DNA of 64,000 nucleotides from Auanema rhodensis (taxonomy: Eukaryota; Animalia; Nematoda), in the NCBI GenBank assembly GCA_964057225.1, contig OZ059900.1:2232001-2296000 (forward strand), in the 5' to 3' direction. The notes beneath the pieces are model-generated. The model was given only the letters and a program-made list of their open reading frames with translations, had not been told where the DNA came from and ran no database searches. A program made the position numbers and the translations under genes. Positions 14,194-30,300 of this stretch are shown piece after piece (position 1 is the stretch's first letter; each line of letters opens with the position of its first letter).

Positions 14194-17100
14194 TCAAACA
14201 CATAATACACAAAATAAGTCTATTTTTACAAGTTTGCACTGATATTTATTCATTTTGATCAAAAAAGGTCGAAAATAGAAAGAATTTTTGAAATTTCCGA
14301 GTTTTGAGTCTAATTTGGCTAAATCGCTCATATATATGATCAGAAGCATAGGTGTATTGTCTTTGACAACGAAAGTCATTAATTAAACACTAATGATGTT
14401 TAAATCTCTAAATTTCGCTCTAATAGCATTACTACACTAAGTATGGTCGTTTTTATACCTTCAACACCATATACTCACCGATTTTTGGTAAAAAATCTGT
14501 GATACTCGTAAATTTTGATCATATTCGTTAAGATTTGAGAATCAAACACACAATACACAATATCAGTCTATTTTTATGAGCTTGCACTGATATATATTCA
14601 TTTTGATCAAAAAAGGTCGAAAACAGAAAGAATTTTTGAAATTTCCGAGTTTTGAGTCTAATTTGGCTAAATCGCTCATTTATATGATCAAAAGCATAGT
14701 TTTATTGTCTATGACAACAAAAGTCATCAATTAAACGCTAGTGATGTTTAAATACTGATTTTCGCTCAAATAGCATTACTACACTAAGTATGGTCGTTTT
14801 TATGCCTTTAACACCATATACTCACCGATTTTTGGTACAAAATCTGTAATACTTGTAAATTTTGATCATATTCGTTAAGATTCGAGAATCAAACACATAA
14901 TACACGAAATAAGTCTAATTTTACAAGTTTGCACTGATATTTATTCATTTTGATCAAAAAAGGTCGAAAATAGAAAGAATTTTTGAAATTTCCGAGTTTT
15001 GAGTCCAATTTGGCTAAATCGCTCATATATATGATCAAAAGCATAGTTTTATTGTCTATAACAACAAAAGTCATCAATTAAACGCTAGTGATGTTTAAAT
15101 ACTGAATTTCGCTCAAATAGCATTACTACACTAAGTATGGTCGTTTTTATGCCTTTAACACCATATACTCACCGATTTTTGGTACAAAATCTGTAATACT
15201 CGTAAATTTTGATCATATTCGTTAAGATTTGAGAATCAAACATACAATACACAAAATCAGTCTATTTTTATGAGCTTGCACTGATATATATTCATTTTGA
15301 TCAAAAAAGGTCGAAAATAGAAAGAATTTTTGAAATTTCCGAGTTTTGAGTCTAATTTGGCTAAATCGCTCATATATATGATCAGAAGCATAGTTTTATT
15401 GTCTATGACAACAAAAGTCATCAATTAAATGCTAGTGATGTTTAAATACTGAATTTCGCTCAAATAGCATTACTACACTAAGTATGGTCGTTTTTATGCC
15501 TTTAACACCATATACTCACCGATTTTTGGTACAAAATCTGTAATACTCGTAAATTTTGATCATATTCGGTGAGATTCGAGAATCAAACACACAATACACG
15601 AAATAAGTTTATTTTCACGAGTTTGCACTGATATTTATTCATTTTGATCAAAAAAGGTCGAAAATAGAAAGAATTTTTGAAATTTCCGAGTTTTGAGTCT
15701 AATTTGGCTAAATCGCTCATATATATGATCAAAAGCATAGTTTTACTGTCTATGATAACAAAAGTCTTCAAATATACACTAATAATGATTAAATCACTGA
15801 TTTTCAGTCAAATAGCATTACTACACTAAGTATGGTCGTTTTTATGCCTTTAACACCATATACTCACCGATTTTTGGTACAAAATCTGTAATACTTGTAA
15901 ATTTTGATCATATTTGTTAAGATTCGAGAATCAAACACATAATACACGAAATAAGTCTATTTTTACAAGTTTGCACTGATATTTATTCATTTTGATCAAA
16001 AAAGGTCGAAAATAGAAAAAATTTTTGAAATTTCCGAGTTTTGAGTCCAATTTGGCTAAATCGCTCATATATATGATCAAAAGCATAGTTTTACTGTCTA
16101 TGATAACAAAAGTCTTCAAATATACACTAATAATGATCAAATCACTGAATTTCACTCAAATAGCATTACTACACTAAGTATGGTCGTTTTTATGCCTTTA
16201 ACACCATATACTCACCGATTTTTGGTACAAAATCTGTTATACTCGTAAATTTTGATCATATTCGTTAAGATTTGAGAATCAAACATACAATACACAAAAT
16301 CAGTCTATTTTTATGAGCTTGCACTGATATATATTCATTTTGATCAAAAAAGGTCGAAAATAGAATGAATTTTTGAAATTTCCGAGTTTTGAGTCTAATT
16401 TGGCTAAATCGCTCATATATATGATCAAAAGCATAGTTTTACTGTCTATGATAACAAAAATCTTCAAATATACACTAATAATGATTAAATCACTGATTTT
16501 CAGTCAAATAGCATTACTACACTAAGTATGGTCGTTTTTATGCCTTTAACACCATATACTCACCGATTTTTGGTACAAAATCTGTAATACTTGTAAATTT
16601 TGATCATATTTGTTAAGATTCGAGAATCAAACACATAATACACGAAATAAGTCTATTTTTACAAGTTTGCACTGATATTTATTCATTTTGATCAAAAAAG
16701 GTCGAAAATAGAAAAAATTTTTGAAATTTCCGAGTTTTGAGTCCAATTTGGCTAAATCGCTCATATATAAGATCAAAAGCATAGTTTTATTGTCTATAAC
16801 AACAAAAGTCATCAATTAAACGCTAGTGATATTTAAATACTGATTTTCGCTCAAGTAGCATTACTACACTAAGTATGGTCGTTTTCATGCCTTTAACACC
16901 ATATACTCACCGATTTTTGGTACAAAATCTGTAATACTTGTAAATTTTGATCATATTCGTTAAGATTTGAGAATCGAACATACAATACACAAAATCAGTC
17001 TATTTTTATGAGCTTGCACTGATATATATTCATTTTGATCAAAAAAGGTCGAAAATAGAAAGAATTTTTGAAATTTCCGAGTTTTGAGTCTAATTTGGCT

Positions 17101-17668
17101 AAATCGCTCATATATATGATCAGAAGCATAGTTTTAATGTCTATGACAACAAAAATCACCAATTAAACGCTAGTGATGTTTAAATACTGATTTTCGCTCA
17201 AATAGCATTACTACACTAAGTATGGTCGTTTTTATGCTTTTAACACCATATACTCACCGATTTTTGGTACAAAATCTGTAATACTCGTAAATTTTGATCA
17301 TATTCGTTAAGATTTGAGAATCAAACATACAATACACAAAATCAGTCTATTTTTATGAGCTTGCACTGATATATATTCATTTTGATCAAAAAAGGTCGAA
17401 AATAGAAAGAATTTTTGAAATTTCCGAGTTTTGAGTCTAATTTGGCTAAATCGCTCATATATATGATCAAAAGCATAGTTTTATTGTCTATGACAACAAA
17501 AGTCTTCAAATATACACTAATAATGATTAAATCACTGAATTTCACTCAAATAGCATTACTACACTAAGTATGGTCGTTTTTATGCCTTTAACACCATATA
17601 CTCACCGATTTTTGGTACAAAATCTGTAATACTTGTAAATTTTGATCATATTTGTTAAGATTCGAGAA

Positions 17669-20600
17669 TCAAACACATAATACACAAAATAAGTCTATTT
17701 TTACAAGTTTGCACTGATATTTATTCATTTTGATCAAAAAAGGTCGAAAATAGAAAGAATTTTTGAAATTTCCGAGTTTTGAGTCCAATTTGGCTAAATC
17801 GCTCATATATATGATCAAAAGTATAGTTTTATTGTCTATAACAACAAAAGTCATCAATTAAACGCTAGTGATGTTTAAATACTGAATTTCGCTCAAATAG
17901 CATTACTACACTAAGTATGGTCGTTTTTATGCCTTTAACACCATATACTCACCGATTTTTGGTACAAAATCTGTAATACTCGTAAATTTTGATCATATTC
18001 GTTAAGATTTGAGAATCAAACATACAATACACAAAATCAGTCTATTTTTATGAGCTTGCACTGATATATATTCATTTTGATCAAAAAAGGTCGAAAATAG
18101 AAAGAATTTTTGAAATTTCCGAGTTTTGAGTCTAATTTGGCTAAATCGCTCATATATATGATCAAAAGCATAGTTTTATTGTCTATGACAACAAAAGTCA
18201 TCAATTAAATGCTAGTGATGTTTAAATACTGAATTTCGCTCAAATAGCATTACTACACTAAGTATGGTCGTTTTTATGCCTTTAACACCATATACTCACC
18301 GATTTTTGGTACAAAATCTGTAATACTCGTAAATTTTGATCATATTCGGTGAGATTCGAGAATCAAACACACAATACACGAAATAAGTTTATTTTGACGA
18401 GTTTGCACTGGTATTTATTCATTTTGATCAAAAAAGGTCGAAAATAGAAAGAATTTTTGAATTTTCCGAGTTTTGAGTCCAATTGGGCTAAATCGCTCAT
18501 ATATATGATCAAAAGCATAGTTTTACTGTCTATGATAACAAAAGTCTTCAAATATACACTAATAATGTGTAAATCACTGAATGTCACTCAAATAGCTTTA
18601 CTACACTAAGTATGGTCGTTTTTATGCCTTTAACACCATATACTCACCGATTTTTGGTACAAAATCTGTAATACTCGTAAATTTCGATCATATTCGTTAA
18701 GATTCGAGAATCAAACACACAATACACGAAATAAGTTTATTTTTACGAATTTGCACTGATATTTATTCATTTTGATCAAAAAAGGTCGAAAATAGAAAGA
18801 ATTTTTTAATTTTCCGAGTTTTGAGTCCAATTGGGCTAAATCGCTCATATATATGATCAAAAGCATAGTTTCACTGTCTATGATAACAAAAGTCTTCAAA
18901 TATACACTAGTAATGATTAAATCACTGAATTTCACTCAAATAGCATTACTACACTAAGTATGGTCGTTTTTATGCCTTTAACACCATATACTCACCGATT
19001 TTTGGTACAAAATCTGTAATACTTGTAAATTTTGATCATATTTGTTAAGATTCGAGAATCAAACACATAATACACGAAATAAGTCTATTTTTACAAGTTT
19101 GCACTGATATTTATTCATTTTGATCAAAAAAAGGTCGAAAATAGAAAAATTTTTTGAAATTTCCGAGTTTTGAGTCCAATTTGGCTAAATCGCTCATATA
19201 TAAGATCAAAAGCATAGTTTTATTGTCTATAACAACAAAAGTCATCAATTAAACGCTAGTGATATTTAAATACTGATTTTCGCTCAAGTAGCATTACTAC
19301 ACTAAGTATGGTCGTTTTTATGCCTTTAACACCATATACTCACCGATTTTTGGTACAAAATCTGTAATACTTGTAAATTTTGATCATATTCGTTAAGATT
19401 TGAGAATCAAACATACAATACACAAAATCAGTCTATTTTTATGAGCTTGCACTGATATATATTCATTTTGATCAAAAAAGGTCGAAAATAGAAAGAATTT
19501 TTGAAATTTCCGAGTTTTGAGTCTAATTTGGCTAAATCGCTCATATATATGATCAGAAGCATAGTTTTAATGTCTATGACAACAAAAATCATCAATTAAA
19601 CGCTAGTGATGTTTAAATACTGATTTTCGCTCAAATAGCATTACTACACTAAGTATGGTCGTTTTTATGCCTTTAACACCATATACTCACCGATTTTTGG
19701 TACAAAATCTGTAATACTCGTAAAATTTGATCATATTTGTTAAGATTTGAGAATCAAACACACAATACACAAAATCAGTCTATTTTTATGAGTTTACACT
19801 GATATATATTCATTTTCATCAAAAAAGGTCGAAAATAGAAAGAATTTTTGAATTTTCCGAGTTTTGAGTCGAATTGGGCTAAATCGCTCATATATATGAT
19901 CAAAAGCATAGTTTTACTGTCTATGATAACAAAAGTCTTCAAATATACACTAATAATGATTAAATCACTGAATTTCACTCAAATAGCATTACTACACTAA
20001 GTATGGTCGTTTTTATGCCTTTAACACCATATACTCACCGATTTTTGGTACAAAATCTGTAATACTTGTAAATTTTGATCATATTTGTTAAGATTCGAGA
20101 ATCAAACACATAATACACAAAATAAGTCTATTTTTACAAGTTTGCACTGATATTTATTCATTTTGATCAAAAAAGGTCGAAAATAGAAAGAATTTTTGAA
20201 ATTTCCGAGTTTTGAGTCCAATTTGGCTAAATCGCTCATATATATGATCAAAAGCATAGTTTTATTGTCTATAACAACAAAAGTCATCAATTAAACGCTA
20301 GTGATGTTTAAATACTGAATTTCGCTCAAATAGCATTACTACACTAAGTATGGTCGTTTTTATGCCTTTAACACCATATACTCACCGATTTTTGGTACAA
20401 AATCTGTAATACTCGTAAATTTTGATCATATTCGTTAAGATTTGAGAATCAAACATACAATACACAAAATCAGTCTATTTTTATGAGCTTGCACTGATAT
20501 ATATTCATTTTGATCAAAAAAGGTCGAAAATAGAAAGAATTTTTGAAATTTCCGAGTTTTGAGTCTAATTTGGCTAAATCGCTCATATATATGATCAAAA

Positions 20601-23600
20601 GCATAGTTTTATTGTCTATGACAACAAAAGTCATCAATTAAATGCTAGTGATGTTTAAATACTGAATTTCGCTCAAATAGCATTACTACACTAAGTATGG
20701 TCGTTTTTATGCCTTTAACACCATATACTCACCGATTTTTGGTACAAAATCTGTAATACTCGTAAATTTTGATCATATTCGGTGAGATTCGAGAATCAAA
20801 CACACAATACACGAAATAAGTTTATTTTGACGAGTTTGCACTGGTATTTATTCATTTTGATCAAAAAAGGTCGAAAATAGAAAGAATTTTTGAATTTTCC
20901 GAGTTTTGAGTCCAATTGGGCTAAATCGCTCATATATATGATCAAAAGCATAGTTTTACTGTCTATGATAACAAAAGTCTTCAAATATACACTAATAATG
21001 TGTAAATCACTGAATTTCACTCAAATAGCTTTACTACACTAAGTATGGTCGTTTTTATGCCTTTAACACCATATACTCACCGATTTTTGGCACAAAATCT
21101 GTAATACTCGTAAATTTCGATCATATTCGTTAAGATTCGAGAATCAAACACACAATACACAAAATAAGTTTATTTTTACGAGTTTGCACTGATATTTATT
21201 CATTTTGATCAAAAAAGGTCGAAAATAGAAAGAATTTTTGAATTTTCCGAGTTTTGAGTCCAATTGGGCTAAATCGCTCATATATATGATCAAAAGCATA
21301 GTTTCACTGTCTATGATAACAAAAGTCTTCAAATATACACTAGTAATGATTAAATCACTGAATTTCACTCAAATAGCATTACTACACTAAGTATGGTCGT
21401 TTTTATGCCTTTAACACCATATACTCACCGATTTTTGGTACAAAATCTGTAATACTTGTAAATTTTGATCATATTTGTTAAGATTCGAGAATCAAACACA
21501 TAATACACGAAATAAGTCTATTTTTACAAGTTTGCACTGATATTTATTCATTTTGATCAAAAAAAGGTCGAAAATAGAAAAATTTTTTGAAATTTCCGAG
21601 TTTTGAGTCCAATTTGGCTAAATCGCTCATATATAAGATCAAAAGCATAGTTTTATTGTCTATAACAACAAAAGTCATCAATTAAACGCTAGTGATATTT
21701 AAATACTGATTTTCGCTCAAGTAGCATTACTACACTAAGTATGGTCGTTTTTATGCCTTTAACACCATATACTCACCGATTTTTGGTACAAAATCTGTAA
21801 TACTTGTAAATTTTGATCATATTCGTTAAGATTTGAGAATCGAACATACAATACACAAAATCAGTCTATTTTTATGAGCTTGCACTGATATATATTCATT
21901 TTGATCAAAAAAGGTCGAAAATAGAAAGAATTTTTGAAATTTCCGAGTTTTGAGTCTAATTTGGCTAAATCGCTCATATATATGATCAGAAGCATAGTTT
22001 TAATGTCTATGACAACAAAAATCATCAATTAAACGCTAGTGATGTTTAAATACTGATTTTCGCTCAAATAGCATTACTACACTAAGTATGGTCGTTTTTA
22101 TGCCTTTAACACCATATACTCACCGATTTTTGGTACAAAATCTGTAATACTCGTAAAATTTGATCATATTTGTTAAGATTTGAGAATCAAACACACAATA
22201 CACAAAATCAGTCTATTTTTATGAGTTCACACTGATATATATTCATTTTCATCAAAAAAGGTCGAAAATAGAAAGAATTTTTGAATTTTCCGAGTTTTAA
22301 GTCGAATTGGGCTAAATCGCTCATATATATGATCAAAAGCATAGTTTTACTGTCTATGATAACGAAAGTCTTCAAATATACACTAATAATGATTAAATCA
22401 CTGAATTTCACTCAAATAGCATTACTACACTAAGTATGGTCGTTTTTATGCCTTTAACACCATATACTCACCGATTTTTGGTACAAAATCTGTAATACTT
22501 GTAAATTTTGATCATATTTGTTAAGATTCGAGAATCAAACACATAATACACAAAATAAGTCTATTTTTACAAGTTTGCACTGATATTTATTCATTTTGAT
22601 CAAAAAAGGTCGAAAATAGAAAGAATTTTTGAAATTTCCGAGTTTTGAGTCTAATTTGGCTAAATCGCTCATATATATGATCAGAAGCATAGTTTTAATG
22701 TCTATGACAACAAAAATCATCAATTAAACGCTAGTGATGTTTAAATACTGATTTTCGCTCAAATAGCATTACTACACTAAGTATGGTCGTTTTTATGCCT
22801 TTAACACCATATACTCACCGATTTTTGGTACAAAATCTGTAATACTCGTAAATTTTGATCATATTCGTTAAGATTTGAGAATCAAACATACAATACACAA
22901 AATCAGTCTATTTTTATGAGCTTGCACTGATATATATTCATTTTGATCAAAAAAGGTCGAAAATAGAAAGAATTTTTGAAATTTCCGAGTTTTGAGTCTA
23001 ATTTGGCTAAATCGCTCATATATATGATCAAAAGCATAGTTTTATTGTCTATGACAACAAAAGTCATCAATTAAATGCTAGTGATGTTTAAATACTGAAT
23101 TTCGCTCAAATAGCATTACTACACTAAGTATGGTCGTTTTTATGCCTTTAACACCATATACTCACCGATTTTTGGTACAAAATCTGTAATACTCGTAAAT
23201 TTTGATCATATTCGGTGAGATTCGAGAATCAAACACACAATACACGAAATAAGTTTATTTTGACGAGTTTGCACTGGTATTTATTCATTTTGATCAAAAA
23301 AGGTCGAAAATAGAAAGAATTTTTGAATTTTCCGAGTTTTGAGTCTAATTGGGCTAAATCGCTCATATATATGATCAAAAGCATAGTTTTACTGTCTATG
23401 ATAACAAAAGTCTTCAAATATACACTAATAATGTGTAAATCACTGAATTTCACTCAAATAGCTTTACTACACTAAGTATGGTCGTTTTTATGCCTTTAAC
23501 ACCATATACTCACCGATTTTTGGTACAAAATCTGTAATACTCGTAAATTTCGATCATATTCGTTAAGATTCGAGAATCAAACACACAATACACAAAATAA

Positions 23601-25661
23601 GTTTATTTTTACGAGTTTGCACTGATATTTATTCATTTTGATCAAAAAAGGTCGAAAATAGAAAGAATTTTTGAATTTTCCGAGTTTTGAGTCCAATTGG
23701 GCTAAATCGCTCATATATATGATCAAAAGCATAGTTTCACTGTCTATGATAACAAAAGTCTTCAAATATACACTAGTAATGATTAAATCACTGAATTTCA
23801 CTCAAATAGCATTACTACACTAAGTATGGTCGTTTTTATGCCTTTAACACCATATACTCACCGATTTTTGGTACAAAATCTGTAATACTTGTAAATTTTG
23901 ATCATATTTGTTAAGATTCGAGAATCAAACACATAATACACGAAATAAGTCTATTTTTACAAGTTTGCACTGATATTTATTCATTTTGATCAAAAAAAGG
24001 TCGAAAATAGAAAAATTTTTTGAAATTTCCGAGTTTTGAGTCCAATTTGGCTAAATCGCTCATATATAAGATCAAAAGCATAGTTTTATTGTCTATAACA
24101 ACAAAAGTCATCAATTAAACGCTAGTGATATTTAAATACTGATTTTCGCTCAAGTAGCATTACTACACTAAGTATGGTCGTTTTTATGCCTTTAACACCA
24201 TATACTCACCGATTTTTGGTACAAAATCTGTAATACTTGTAAATTTTGATCATATTCGTTAAGATTTGAGAATCGAACATACAATACACAAAATCAGTCT
24301 ATTTTTATGAGCTTGCACTGATATATATTCATTTTGATCAAAAAAGGTCGAAAATAGAAAGAATTTTTGAAATTTCCGAGTTTTGAGTCTAATTTGGCTA
24401 AATCGCTCATATATATGATCAGAAGCATAGTTTTAATGTCTATGACAACAAAAATCATCAATTAAACGCTAGTGATGTTTAAATACTGATTTTCGCTCAA
24501 ATAGCATTACTACACTAAGTATGGTCGTTTTTATGCCTTTAACACCATATACTCACCGATTTTTGGTACAAAATCTGTAATACTCGTAAAATTTGATCAT
24601 ATTTGTTAAGATTTGAGAATCAAACACACAATACACAAAATCAGTCTATTTTTATGAGTTTACACTGATATATATTCATTTTCATCAAAAAAGGTCGAAA
24701 ATAGAAAGAATTTTTGAATTTTCCGAGTTTTAAGTCGAATTGGGCTAAATCGCTCATATATATGATCAAAAGCATAGTTTTACTGTCTATGATAACAAAA
24801 GTCTTCAAATATACACTAATAATGATTAAATCACTGAATTTCACTCAAATAGCATTACTACACTAAGTATGGTCGTTTTTATGCCTTTAACACCATATAC
24901 TCACCGATTTTTGGTACAAAATCTGTAATACTTGTAAATTTTGATCATATTTGTTAAGATTCGAGAATCAAACACATAATACACAAAATAAGTCTATTTT
25001 TACAAGTTTGCACTGATATTTATTCATTTTGATCAAAAAAGGTCGAAAATAGAAAGAATTTTTGAAATTTCCGAGTTTTGAGTCCAATTTGGCTAAATCG
25101 CTCATATATATGATCAAAACCATAGTGTTATTGTCTATAACAACAAAAGTCATCAATTAAACGCTAGTGATGTTTAAATACTGAATTTCGCTCAAATAGC
25201 ATTACTACACTAAGTATGGTCGTTTTTATGCCTTTAACACCATATACTCACCGATTTTTGGTACAAAATCTGTAATACTCGTAAATTTTGATCATATTCG
25301 TTAAGATTTGAGAATCAAACATATAATACACAAAATCAGTCTATTTTTATGAGCTTGCACTGATATATATTCATTTTGATCAAAAAAGGTCGAAAATAGA
25401 AAGAATTTTTGAAATTTCCGAGTTTTGAGTCTAATTTGGCTAAATCGCTCATATATATGATCAAAAGCATAGTTTTATTGTCTATGACAACAAAAGTCAT
25501 CAATTAAATGCTAGTGATGTTTAAATACTGAATTTCGCTCAAATAGCATTACTACACTAAGTATGGTCGTTTTTATGCCTTTAACACCATATACTCACCG
25601 ATTTTTGGTACAAAATCTGTAATACTTGTAAATTTTGATCATATTTGTTAAGATTCGAGAA
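17669..25661. repeat. Run of about 3.3 consecutive 7-mer HOR units (2433-bp period)
   Basis: ORF offsets 17669->20102->22535->24968, 18363->20796->23229 and 19775->22208->24641 are all 2433, with the monomer type order conserved. Confidence 0.93.
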
Positions 25662-27399
25662 TCAAACACATAATACACGAAATAAGTTTATTTTTACGAG
25701 TTTGCACTGATATTTATTCATTTTGATCAAAAAAGGTCGAAAATAGAAAGAATTTTTGAATTTTCCGAGTTTTGAGTCCAATTGGGCTAAATCGCTCATA
25801 TATATGATCAAAAGCATAGTGTTATTGTCTATAACAACAAAAGTCATCAATTAAACGCTAGTGATGTTTAAATACTGAATTTCGCTCAAATAGCATTACT
25901 ACACTAAGTATGGTCGTTTTTATGCCTTTAACACCATATACTCACCGATTTTTGGTACAAAATCTGTAATACTCGTAAATTTTGATCATATTCGGTGAGA
26001 TTCGAGAATCAAACACACAATACACGAAATAAGTTTATTTTGACGAGTTTGCACTGGTATTTATTCATTTTGATCAAAAAAGGTCGAAAATAGAAAGAAT
26101 TTTTGAATTTTCCGAGTTTTGAGTCCAATTGGGCTAAATCGCTCATATATATGATCAAAAGCATAGTTTTACTGTCTATGATAACAAAAGTCTTCAAATA
26201 TACACTAATAATGTGTAAATCACTGAATTTCACTCAAATAGCTTTACTACACTAAGTATGGTCGTTTTTATGCCTTTAACACCATATACTCACCGATTTT
26301 TGGTACAAAATCTGTAATACTCGTAAATTTCGATCATATTCGTTAAGATTCGAGAATCAAACACACAATACACGAAATAAGTTTATTTTTACGAGTTTGC
26401 ACTGATATTTATTCATTTTGATCAAAAAAGGTCGAAAATAGAAAGAATTTTTGAATTTTCCGAGTTTTGAGTCCAATTGGGCTAAATCGCTCATATATAT
26501 GATCAAAAGCATAGTTTCACTGTCTATGATAACAAAAGTCTTCAAATATACACTAGTAATGATTAAATCACTGAATTTCACTCAAATAGCATTACTACAC
26601 TAAGTATGGTCGTTTTTATGCCTTTAACACCATATACTCACCGATTTTTGGTACAAAATCTGTAATACTTGTAAATTTTGATCATATTTGTTAAGATTCG
26701 AGAATCAAACACATAATACACGAAATAAGTCTATTTTTACAAGTTTGCACTGATATTTATTCATTTTGATCAAAAAAGGTCGAAAATAGAAAGAATTTTT
26801 GAATTTTCCGAGTTTTGAGTCCAATTGGGCTAAATCGCTCATATATATGATCAAAAGCATAGTTTCACTGTCTATGATAACAAAAGTCTTCAAATATACA
26901 CTAGTAATGATTAAATCACTGAATTTCACTCAAATAGCATTACTACACTAAGTATGGTCGTTTTTATGCCTTTAACACCATATACTCACCGATTTTTGGT
27001 ACAAAATCTGTAATACTCGTAAATTTTGATCATATTCGTTAAGATTTGAGAATCAAACATACAATACACAAAATCAGTCTATTTTTATGAGCTTGCACTG
27101 ATATATATTCATTTTGATCAAAAAAGGTCGAAAATAGAAAGAATTTTTGAAATTTCCGAGTTTTGAGTCCAATTTGGCTAAATCGCTCATATATAAGATC
27201 AAAAGCATAGTTTTATTGTCTATAACAACAAAAGTCATCAATTAAACGCTAGTGATATTTAAATACTGATTTTCGCTCAAATAGCATTACTACACTAAGT
27301 ATGGTCGTTTTTATGCCTTTAACACCATATACTCACCGATTTTTGGTACAAAATCTGTAATACTCGTAAAATTTGATCATATTTGTTAAGATTTGAGAA

Positions 27400-30300
27400 T
27401 CAAACACACAATACACAAAATCAGTCTATTTTTATGAGTTTACACTGATATATATTCATTTTCATCAAAAAAGGTCGAAAATAGAAAGAATTTTTGAATT
27501 TTCCGAGTTTTGAGTCGAATTGGGCTAAATCGCTCATATATATGATCAAAAGCATAGTTTTACTGTCTATGATAACAAAAGTCTTCAAATATACACTAAT
27601 AATGATTAAATCAATGAATTTCACTCAAATAGCATTACTACACTAAGTATGGTCGTTTTTATGCCTTTAACACCATATACTCACCGATTTTTGGTACAAA
27701 ATCTGTAATACTTGTAAATTTTGATCATATTTGTTAAGATTCGAGAATCAAACACATAATACACGAAATAAGTCTATTTTTACAAGTTTGCACTGATATT
27801 TATTCATTTTGATCAAAAAAAGGTCGAAAATAGAAAAATTTTTTGAAATTTCCGAGTTTTGAGTCCAATTTGGCTAAATCGCTCATATATAAGATCAAAA
27901 GCATAGTTTTATTGTCTATAACAACAAAAGTCATCAATTGAACGCTAGTGATATTTAAATACTGATTTTCGCTCAAGTAGCATTACTACACTAAGTATGG
28001 TCGTTTTTATGCCTTTAACACCATATACTCACCGATTTTTGGTACAAAATCTGTAATACTTGTAAATTTTGATCATATTCGTTAAGATTTGAGAATCGAA
28101 CATACAATACACAAAATCAGTCTATTTTTATGAGCTTGCACTGATATATATTCATTTTGATCAAAAAAGGTCGAAAATAGAAAGAATTTTTGAAATTTCC
28201 GAGTTTTGAGTCTAATTTGGCTAAATCGCTCATATATATGATCAGAAGCATAGTTTTATTGTCTATGACAACAAAAATCATCAATTAAACGCTAGTGATG
28301 TTTAAATACTGATTTTCGCTCAAATAGCATTACTACACTAAGTATGGTCGTTTTTATGCCTTTAACACCATATACTCACCGATTTTTGGTACAAAATCTG
28401 TAATACTCGTAAAATTTGATCATATTTGTTAAGATTTGAGAATCAAACACACAATACACAAAATCAGTCTATTTTTATGAGTTTACACTGATATATATTC
28501 ATTTTCATCAAAAAAGGTCGAAAATAGAAAGAATTTTTGAATTTTCCGAGTTTTGAGTCGAATTGGGCTAAATCGCTCATATATATGATCAAAAGCATAG
28601 TTTTACTGTCTATGATAACAAAAGTCTTCAAATATACACAAATAATGATTAAATCACTGAATTTCACTCAAATAGCATTACTACACTAAGTATGGTCGTT
28701 TTTATGCCTTTAACACCATATACTCACCGATTTTTGGTACAAAATCTGTAATACTTGTAAATTTTGATCATATTTGTTAAGATTCGAGAATCAAACACAT
28801 AATACACAAAATAAGTCTATTTTTACAAGTTTGCACTGATATTTATTCATTTTGATCAAAAAAGGTCGAAAATAGAAAGAATTTTTGAAATTTCCGAGTT
28901 TTGAGTCCAATTTGGCTAAATCGCTCATATATAAGATCAAAAGCATAGTTTTATTGTCTATAACAACAAAAGTCATCAATTAAACGCTAGTGATATTTAA
29001 ATACTGATTTTCGCTCAAGTAGCATTACTACACTAAGTATGGTCGTTTTTATGCCTTTAACACCATATACTCACCGATTTTTGGTACAAAATCTGTAATA
29101 CTTGTAAATTTTGATCATATTCGTTAAGATTTGAGAATCAAACATACAATACACAAAATCAGTCTATTTTTATGAGCTTGCACTGATATATATTCATTTT
29201 GATCAAAAAAGGTCGAAAATAGAAAGAATTTTTGAAATTTCCGAGTTTTGAGTCTAATTTGGCTAAATCGCTCATATATATGATCAGAAGCATAGTTTTA
29301 ATGTCTATGACAACAAAAATCATCAATTAAACGCTAGTGATGTTTAAATACTGATTTTCGCTCAAATAGCATTACTACACTAAGTATGGTCGTTTTTATG
29401 CCTTTAACACCATATACTCACCGATTTTTGGTACAAAATCTGTAATACTCGTAAAATTTGATCATATTTGTTAAGATTTGAGAATCAAACACACAATACA
29501 CAAAATCAGTCTATTTTTATGAGTTTACACTGATATATATTCATTTTCATCAAAAAAGGTCGAAAATAGAAAGAATTTTTGAATTTTCCGAGTTTTGAGT
29601 CGAATTGGGCTAAATCGCTCATATATATGATCAAAAGCATAGTTTTACTGTCTATGATAACAAAAGTCTTCAAAAATACACTAATAATGATTAAATCACT
29701 GAATTTCACTCAAATAGCATTACTACACTAAGTATGGTCGTTTTTATGCCTTTAACACCATATACTCACCGATTTTTGGTACAAAATCTGTAATACTTGT
29801 AAATTTTGATCATATTTGTTAAGATTCGAGAATCAAACACATAATACACGAAATAAGTCTATTTTTACAAGTTTGCACTGATATTTATTCATTTTGATCA
29901 AAAAAAGGTCGAAAATAGAAAAATTTTTTGAAATTTCCGAGTTTTGAGTCCAATTTGGCTAAATCGCTCATATATAAGATCAAAAGCATAGTTTTATTGT
30001 CTATAACAACAAAAGTCATCAATTAAACGCTAGTGATATTTAAATACTGATTTTCGCTCAAGTAGCATTACTACACTAAGTATGGTCGTTTTTATGCCTT
30101 TAACACCATATACTCACCGATTTTTGGTACAAAATCTGTAATACTTGTAAATTTTGATCATATTCGTTAAGATTTGAGAATCGAACATACAATACACAAA
30201 ATCAGTCTATTTTTATGAGCTTGCACTGATATATATTCATTTTGATCAAAAAAGGTCGAAAATAGAAAGAATTTTTGAAATTTCCGAGTTTTGAGTCTAA

